DNA of 64,000 nucleotides from Eledone cirrhosa (Eukaryota), in NCBI GenBank assembly GCA_964016885.1, contig OZ024742.1, positions 323,888,001 to 323,952,000 of the forward strand, written 5' to 3'. Under the pieces are notes generated by a model that saw only the letters and a program-made list of their open reading frames with translations, searched no databases and was not told where the DNA came from. Shown here piece by piece: positions 55,546 through 64,000 of the stretch; the stretch's first letter is position 1, and the number at the start of each line of letters is the position of its first letter. The position numbers were made by a program, and so were the translations under genes.

Positions 55546-56534
55546 TTAATAAAGGAATAAAAGAGCATATATCAGCACCAGCTTCACTACCACTCACAGA
55601 GAATTAGGAATAGTTAGGTTGAAATTGTTCAAAAACATAAGACTAAAACAGCAATTTTACTGGCAACATTACCTGATACCCAATTATAGAGAGTAGAACT
55701 TATAAAATCCTCTTCACCAACCAGCCTTTATCCCCAACATGTCTTTCTGATGTCAATTAATGAGGTGGAACTAGCAGTTGTCGTACCATAAAATAATTCT
55801 TTCCCAATCAATAGCTTCTCTTCTTGCCTCCCTCAGAAGTCTTTCACTTAAATAGGAACCTTGAAAAGTTTAAAGATACTGTCTCTATATTACCAAATGA
55901 ACGAATTTCATTTTATATCATTTTTATTATTATCACTGTCATCATTATTACTATCACTATTATTACTGCTATCATTATCATCATTATTTGCTTTTTCTTT
56001 TTAATAAAAACAGAAAATATATCTTTTTGTTTGCAAGTTATCAGAAATTGAGTGGTGTGGCTTGAACATTTTAAATATTTGCATAAATCTTTTTACTTTT
56101 TTAAAAAAAAATATTTTATATAATTTTTTTTTGAAGTTTGTCATTTCTAATGAAGAGGAAAATAAAAAGGGTTATAAAAAGGTTATAGAATTATGATGAT
56201 GTATTATTGATATTTTTAATGTGTATAGTTATGCCATTCAGTATAGTCTCAGTGGTATAAGGTGGTGCTAATTAACAAAAAATTATGGTTTAAGATCTAC
56301 TATATAACCGAGTCTGCTTCAGTGATGTACACACACACACATACATGCATGCACACACATTGGTGTAATGGTAGCATTTCTGCCCGGCAAGTAAGAAGAT
56401 GTAGGTTTGAGTCCTACAGGTACTAATATCCATTTTGTTCTGTTAAGGGGGCTTATATGCACTGTTATATAGACTACTTTTCTCTAGTAAAAAAAATTTG
56501 ATGGAGCTTTAACTTTTCAATATATATATATATT

Positions 56535-58775
56535 AAAGAAAGTTCAAGCATGTTTTACAATGCGAGGACCAAAAACGTGAGGTGTTCAGGATTGCTAGGC
56601 AATGTGTCAAGGAAAACCGTGATATTGTCGGGGAGAAGTGTGTCCTTAATGAAGATGGTGTACTTGCCATCACTGATGCTGATAAGAAGGTAGCTTGGAA
56701 GTGTCACTACGAAAAGCTACTAAATGAGGAGAATAAATGGGAGAAAGACAGTCTCCCCCACATCGATCCAATAGAGGGACCAGCAGTGCTAGTTGAAGGT
56801 AGTATAATAAGTTAGGCAATCAAAGATATGAAGACGGGTAAGGCGGCTGGGCCTTCGGAAATAGTTGCTGAAATGCTGAAAGCATCTGGAACGGTGGGAC
56901 ACACTATGGTCACCCGGATAGTAAACCAAATCATACAGAATGGGGCCGTACCGAAGGACTGGCATAGCAGCATCATCTATAACTGCTACAAGTGTAAAGG
57001 AGATGCCCTAGATAGGGGTAACTATAGAGGCATTAAATTAATCGACCAGGTCATGAAGGTCACAGAAAAAGTAATAGCGCAACTAATCAGAGAACGAATT
57101 GATCTAGATGAAATGCAGTTCGGGTTTGTGTCAGGCAAAAGTACCACAGACCCTCTTTTCATTGTACGACAACTACAGGAGAAGTACTAGCTAAAAGTAA
57201 ACCCCTATACTTAGCTTTTGTTGACTTGGAGAAAGCCTTTGACAGAGTCCCCTGCTCCATTATCTGGTGGGCGCTTAGAAAACTAGGTGTTGATGAATGG
57301 CTTGTGAGAGCTATAAAAGCCATGTATAAAGAAACATTCAGCAAGGTTAGAATTAACAACGAATATAGTGAAGAGTTTAGCGTAAAAGTTGGTGTTCATC
57401 AGGGCTCCGTTCTTAGCCCCCTACTATTTATTATTGCCCTTCAGGCTATAACAGAGGAGTTCAAGACCGGCTGCCCATGGGAACGCCTATATGCAGATGA
57501 TCTAACACTCATAGCTGAATCAAAAGGCCTTAAAGTTAACCTGTCTAAGACTAAAGTTCTAGTTTGTAGGAAGGAAAATAGGGCACCGGTCCCATCTGGG
57601 AAATGGCCATGCTCAGTGTGTAGGAAAGGAGTAGGCAGAAACTCCATTTTATGTCCCAAATGCAAAGTATGGGTGCATAAAAGATGTAGTGGGATCACAG
57701 GTAAGCTAACTAAGAATATAGATTTTATATGTGGCCGGTGCTCTGGTGCAATAAGTAGCAGCAAGTGCCCACAGAATACTAGCTCATTCCATTGCACAGA
57801 TGGTTCTATAGAAATAGTGGACACCTTCCATTACCTGGGTGACAAAATCAGCAGTGGGGGAGGGTGCTATGAAAGTACAGTAGCTAGAGTCAGAACGGGA
57901 TGGAAAAAGTTCAGAGAGCTTATACCACTATTGGCCGCTAAAGGGTTCTCTCTAAAAATGAAAGGCAGGCTGTATGATGCCTGCATACGAACAGCAATGT
58001 TACATGGCATTGAGACATGGGCATTGTGTGCAGAGGATATACGCAGACTAGAGAGAAACGAAGCTTGCATGCTCCGCTGGATGTGTAATAGTAATATACG
58101 TGAACGGCAAAGCATAAACGAACTAAGGGAGAAATTAGGAATAAGAGGGATCAGATGTTGTTTACTTGAGAGAAGACTACGTTGGTACGGTCACGTGATA
58201 CGCATGAAAGACGACAGCTGTATAAAAAAGTGCAGGGCGATAAAAATAGACGGTAGCCACGGAGTAGGCAAACCCAGAAAAACCTGGGACGACTTGATAA
58301 ATTCCGACCGCAGACACTTACACCTCTCCAAGACAATGTCACTGGACCGAGATCTTTGGCGCTACACAGTAATACAGAAGACCCACCTTGCCTAAGTACA
58401 AAGCGAAACCTACAGTCAGTAGGCACCTCTAACAAAATACACCCCATCCCACTACCCCCACCCCATCCACACCACCCATTTCAATGTAAAGTTATGTTGG
58501 TACCACAACATCCAGTCCAAAACAAATGAGGTCGTGTAGGTGTCACGACAAAAAAACACACAGTCCACGCTGTAATGTGGCCGTGTAGGTAACACGGTAA
58601 AAACCTCCCAGTCCACACTGTAAACATGGTTGGTGTTGGGAAGGGCACCCAGCCGTAGAAAACCTGCCAGGCAGTCCTATACGAGCAGGACAACAAATCT
58701 TGCCTCAAGTGGGAAAACTCCCGTCCAAACCCATGCAAGCGTGGAACACGGACGTTAAACGATGATGATGATGAT
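56535..58775 (+). mobile_element. RTE LINE family 1 variant, 5'-truncated pseudogenised copy
   Basis: In-frame stops at 56813 and 57188, a 51-bp deletion after IAES, (GAT)n tail, TA flanks. Confidence 0.93.
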
Positions 58776-58790
58776 ATATATATATATATA

Positions 58791-58830
<40 letters not shown>

Positions 58831-58831
<1 letters not shown>

Positions 58832-59035
58832 CGAAGGAAATGTGGTAAGGAACCAGGTGGACCATAACGCACCAAAGTACTCACTACTTAGGGTAGTAGA
58901 GTGGGTAATAGGAACGAGTAAGACCCCGACGGCTGAGCTCAAGCCGTTTCAACGGCTAATTCTGGACGGAATTCAGTCCAGAATTAGCCGTCGAAACGGC
59001 TTGAGCTCAGCCGTCGGGGTCTTACTCGTTCCTAT
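58831..59035 (-). mobile_element. Penelope-like terminal fragment with 60-bp foldback and 3' half of a hammerhead
   Basis: 58908-58967 inverted at 58976-59035; cGAAAcggc-ttgagctca-gccgTC motif; TA flanks; second copy at 61747-61880. Confidence 0.65.
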
Positions 59036-60310
59036 ATATATATATATATATATATTATATAAATTTAATATAAATATATATTTTAATAAGGCATAATTGT
59101 CAGAAAAAGGTATAAAACACTGTCATTTGGGTTAGAAAATATAATTAAACATTGTTTATTATTTGAATCTAGTTATCACAGATCAAATCAGTACTCTGAT
59201 GTGCCAGGACCTCATCTTGCTTACATATGTTCCTGCACTCTATGCCATGAATTTTATCATGGTACTTACCAGTCACATAGACTCTGAAAAGCGTCATGGG
59301 CACTGTATCTGTCTCTAACTAAATAGTAAATATATATATATATTACATTCATGAAAATGTCCTGAAATATTATCTTGTATAACACACGATATTGTGTCCG
59401 ATCTCCCCATTTAATCACATAATACCACCTACTTCAATCAGTCTCAAAACTCTTACTGCAACTATTTCCCAATTTTCTTCTCTCATGTTACTCACTTTTA
59501 TTTTAATTCTCTTACTGTCATTCACTCTTTATGAAAGCTCCCTACTTCCACTTTGTGTGACAGCAAAAAAAATACATTGCAAATGATTATATGTGAATAT
59601 AATGTTACAGATATCTTACTAAATGTAGCAACTATCTTGAATATATTGAAAATCAATTGAAAACTCATGGACAGTCTACACATCAGAAATATAATCTTAA
59701 AAGGGTTAATTAAGTGTCGACTTTTTTGCTTATACGCTGTGTGTCCTCGGCATTCTGTCACAAATGATACATTTAGCTTTTGCTCAGGACAATTAGACCT
59801 ATTCACCTTAGTTAACCTACCTGGAAATTACATACTGAAAATAAGATATTTACATGTTTTAATTTGTCACCTGTTAATACAAAGACTGACAGATGAGCCT
59901 ATGCAGAGTCTCTACATCAGAGATTCTGAAACTTTTTTGAGAATATATTTCTTCATGTGGTTGTGAAGCAAACTTCTTAACAATATAGCCATGTCTGTGC
60001 AAAAATGGCAAAATGTAAAAGGAGAACAAAGTATACACATTTGCAAGAGAGCCAACAGCACTAATTTTGGCATGGGATTATAAATGAGGTACATAAGATA
60101 TATATTGGGTCAAGGGTTAAAAGGTGGCATAGATTGGATATTGGAGAGTATCAGTGGTAGAAACAACCCAGATATGCTGAAGAAGCAGAAGCAATCAAGA
60201 ACTTAATTTTTTTTGTGTGTGCTTCAATAAAATAAATTGAATCACATGGAAGGGTTCTGAATTGCAAACAGATCTAAAACAAAACACATACAAACTCACA
60301 AACAGACATA

Positions 60311-60390
60311 TAGGGTGTCTTCCAAAAATGTATACACACTATTATTAGAATGCTGCTGAAGAGTGTATACATTTTTTGGGGGACACCCTG
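60311..60390. mobile_element. 80-bp Tc1/mariner-type MITE
   Basis: ~30-bp TIRs (Yagggtgtc..ccaaaaatgtatacac) with TA on both sides. Confidence 0.8.
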
Positions 60391-60436
60391 TATATATCAT
60401 ACATACATATGTATATACACACATACATACACATCC

Positions 60437-60467
<31 letters not shown>

Positions 60468-61141
60468 CAAACATGTATACATACATACATTTATTGTATG
60501 GTCATTTACACAGACAGAATTGTGCTTGCACATAAAAGGTAAAATTTTCTGCTCAACTTGCTTTCTTCTGCAGTGTTCTGTTGAAGTATTTATCTATTTG
60601 GCACCATTTCTTTATTCACCCAAGGGAGATGGATAGATGTGTAGAAATAAATGGTGGAAACACAACACAAAACCAATACATTGGCACAAAGACCTGCTTC
60701 TTTTATATGGCATACCCCTATGGCAAGGGGTGTGATAGAGAGTGACACACACACATACATTATATATACATATGTATGTAGTCTTAGCTTCAGGCACACT
60801 TACTCTGTTTAATAATACATGCAGATATACAAACAGCCAATATAGGTAATCAATACTAATTTAATAAAATCAAGTCCGTTGGTTACATCTTAAAAGATGA
60901 GAGAGATAGGGGGAGATAAGGAGATAGATAGATGGAAGGATAGATAATAGTTAAATAGATAGAGGGATAGATAGTGATAGAGATATATAGAGATAAACTA
61001 AGGGAAAAGAACAAAAAATTTCTAGAAAATACATAACTTATGAATACTTCTTTATAATAATGAAAGGCTACAAAATTCTATATCTGTATCTAAATTTCTT
61101 TATCGATAAAATATATTAACATATTCTATCCCATATATGTT

Positions 61142-61174
<33 letters not shown>

Positions 61175-61746
61175 TTATATATATATATATGTGTGTGTTT
61201 TTATATATATATATGTATGTATAATAAAAATGACAAACACAGAGATATATAAACAATGTTATTAGGTTCACGTCAAAATATCACACACACATACGTACAT
61301 ATATTTATATGTATATATATATATATACACACATACAACAGAGAGGCAGGAACATTTATATTTGGATAAAATGTTTTGTTTGTTCTGTTTTTCCGACATT
61401 GTTGGTAGAGAAAAATAAATATTTATCCTCTTTATTTGGTTTTCTCCACATTAGGAAGCGTTCTCGGTTGAAAACAGTTGATTCCTCACAACTACAATAC
61501 TAACAAATATTTTTGGGTAATTTTCCTGGCTATGGCTGGAGTGGGCCTTGATTCATCATCATCATCATCGTTTAACGTTGATGATGATGATGAATCAAGG
61601 CCCACTCTAGCCATAGCCAGGAAAATTACCCAAAAATGTTGCCCTATCATAGTCTTCATACACATTATGGGAGTTCTTTAACATCCATCCATCCATCAAT
61701 CTATGTGTGTGTATGTATATATATATATACACACAGAATATATATA

Positions 61747-61880
61747 GTCCAGAAATAGCCGTCGAAACGGCTTGAGCTCTGCCATCGGGTCAAACATTTT
61801 CCTACTACCCACTCTACTATCCTAAGTATTGAGTACTCTGGTGCGTTATGGTCCATCTGGTTCCTTACACTTCCTTCCTT
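61747..61880 (+). mobile_element. Older copy of the 58831-59035 element
   Basis: Colinear with the reverse complement of 58831-58967; TA flanks. Confidence 0.7.
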
Positions 61881-63545
61881 ATATACACATATATATATTT
61901 AAACTTGCACTAAATGAAGAATTCAAATACTGCTTGAAGTTTTACAGATACTCACGGCATCTCAAAACTGTTTAGGAACCCTTAGCATTGGTGAAACTTT
62001 GAAGTAAACAGCCACCATTATATATATATATATAGTTTATATTAAAGTTCATATGCGTAACATGTATGCATGACCTTAGGTTTCAAGGTCCAGTTATTGC
62101 TACCACTGTATAGTGGAGTAGCCGTTCTAACGCTGACCTCTCTTGTCAGGCACAAGGACAAATTTAATAGATTGAGCATCTTTTATCAACAGATATCCTG
62201 CACACACACACACACACACATATATATATAATTCAAGGAGACAACAAACAGAGTTATATATATATATATATGTGTGTGTGTGTTGAAAAAGAGAGGGAGT
62301 TCCATACAAATCAAAGGTTAGAGTTAAAAAGTAAAAGTGAAAAAGCACAGAAGTATATTTAAAGATTATTTTTTCTTTAATTTGGCAGAATGGATAATTT
62401 TATAATTGTTGTATTGAGTGGATTTACATTTTATCAAATACCAGTTTTGATTGATATATCCATCTTATCAAATATTAAATAATAATTATTAGAAACATTT
62501 TTTTCATAAATTCTGTCAGCAGTTTGAATATATGTGAATTTTCTGTCAAAATTTCTTTTATATATGTTCTTTATGTGGTGGTGAAGGTGGAAGTGGAGTT
62601 CAACACGCCAGAATTCAATTGAATTTCCTCATCATCATTTTACGTCCACTTTTCCCTGCTTGCAAGGGTGGGACGGGAACTGATTCTGGCTTGATTTCTA
62701 CAGCTGGATGCCCTCCCTAACACCAGCCTCATTTACAGTGAGTGCTGGGTGGTTTTTGCCGTGGCACCTATACGACCACTTTGCAGTGGAATGATAGGGA
62801 CCCCAGTCTCATTTCTACAGCTGAGTAAACTGGAGCAATGTGAAATAAAGTGTCTTGCTCAAGGAAACAACACATCACCCCGTCTGAGAATTGAACTCAC
62901 AACCTTTCGATTGCAAGGCCAATGCTCTAACCACTAAGCCATGTGCCTCCATATTTACTTGATTAAAATAGAATTTTTTTTACTATTCATAATAATGGTC
63001 CAGATGGTATTTTTTATGGTTTTTTTTTGTGTGTATTTAGGTGGAGTTCCATTGTGTCAAAAGGTAATGTACACACCCACTATACATATATATATGTATG
63101 TATGTCTTAACGTTAATTCATACATAGAAATTCTGTCCTATTTGATCACCATCGTAATGCTAGATATATACAATTATGTGTGTGTGCGGGTGTGTGTGTG
63201 TATTTGAATGAAACAGTTCTAGTCCTGTAAAAGACATTTGTTATATATAATCTATACTCATGCATAAAATATAGACAAAATTATGACAATGCAAGTAAAG
63301 TTCTATAAAATATGAAATAGGCATTCAACTGCAAATGTGCAACTGTAAAATTTAAAAAATGCATGCATGCAAACACACAATGTTGATATATACTAATACA
63401 CTAAGCACCACACACACTAAAAAAACAAAAACTCAAAAACTTCCCCTTCCCAACTCAGAATAGAAATGTTAAAAATCCAATGTGGATTTTTAACTGATTT
63501 TTTCATCTTAGAGAAAGAAAACTAAAGCCTAATGGCAAATCTTAC

Positions 63546-63635
63546 CTTATCTCGTGTAGGTTTGATAACAGATTCATTGACAGTTAAACCAAGTTCCTTG
63601 GTTCGTTTGGCTGCAGTGCTAGCAACTTTAGTGGC
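63546..63635 (-). CDS. ARFGAP1: ARFGAP1 internal coding exon (ATKVASTAAKRTKELGLTVNESVIKPTRDK)
   Basis: 90-nt phase 0/0 exon between ttttgtag and gtaaga. The peptide aligns without gaps to vertebrate ARFGAP1 ATKFGSQASQKASELGHSLNENVLKPAQEK (recalled sequence). Upstream exons, including the GAP domain, lie beyond the window. Confidence 0.9.
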
Positions 63636-64000
63636 CTACAAAACAGAATTACATATGCTTTTAGAATAGACAAATATATTTATCCACTTTGATACTAATC
63701 CACTAAAAATACCTCTGGTTCTATTAAACAAAATTACCCATCTAAACCCACTTGTTACAATATTACTAATGAAAGAAAAACTGTTTATAATTTTCAAATA
63801 AATTCGAGAATACTGAAGAATTAAGAGGGATATTCTCATTATTAAGCTGGTGTTTGGAACATAAAGGTTCTTACATAAAATTATGGAGGGTATTTAGATA
63901 AATAAAAACACTTTGAAATAAATAGTTTTGTATTGTAGAATTAGGAGCAATTTCATGTAAGTTAATGTCAAAAGTGTTTGTTATATTTCTAATGAAATAT

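Noticed and set aside
56361-56425. tRNA-like sequence with D-arm and T-arm
   Set aside because: No acceptor stem pairing and an irregular anticodon arm; more likely a SINE head or pseudo-tRNA.

Overview
Eukaryotic, AT-rich animal DNA dominated by (TA)n microsatellites. The SINE/LINE repertoire resembles an octopod cephalopod (inference). The only host gene is the 3' part of an ARFGAP1 orthologue on the minus strand, with coding exons at 63546-63635, 18666-18725, 15871-15930, 11656-11804 and 10357-11035. It includes a ~44.8 kb intron and a duplicated 60-nt exon. The introns hold one intact RTE-clade LINE (APE + RT, with a C4HC3 PHD finger inserted after the YADD region) and many truncated relatives, nearly all sitting in (TA)n tracts. 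Also present are tRNA-derived SINEs, an internally deleted mariner, MITEs, and R4/Dong-like and Expander-like remnants. The most striking non-coding signal is a young 591-bp tandem element at 1563-2557. Each unit carries a type I hammerhead ribozyme with a U3-A8 covariant core, an expanded stem II and a palindromic stem III (retrozyme / Penelope-pLTR-like). Further hammerhead-like motifs occur in foldback insertions at about 19.1 kb, 58.9 kb and 61.7 kb. Almost all ORF-track entries made of YI/IY/HT repeats are microsatellite noise. All motif calls were made by eye, without database searches.
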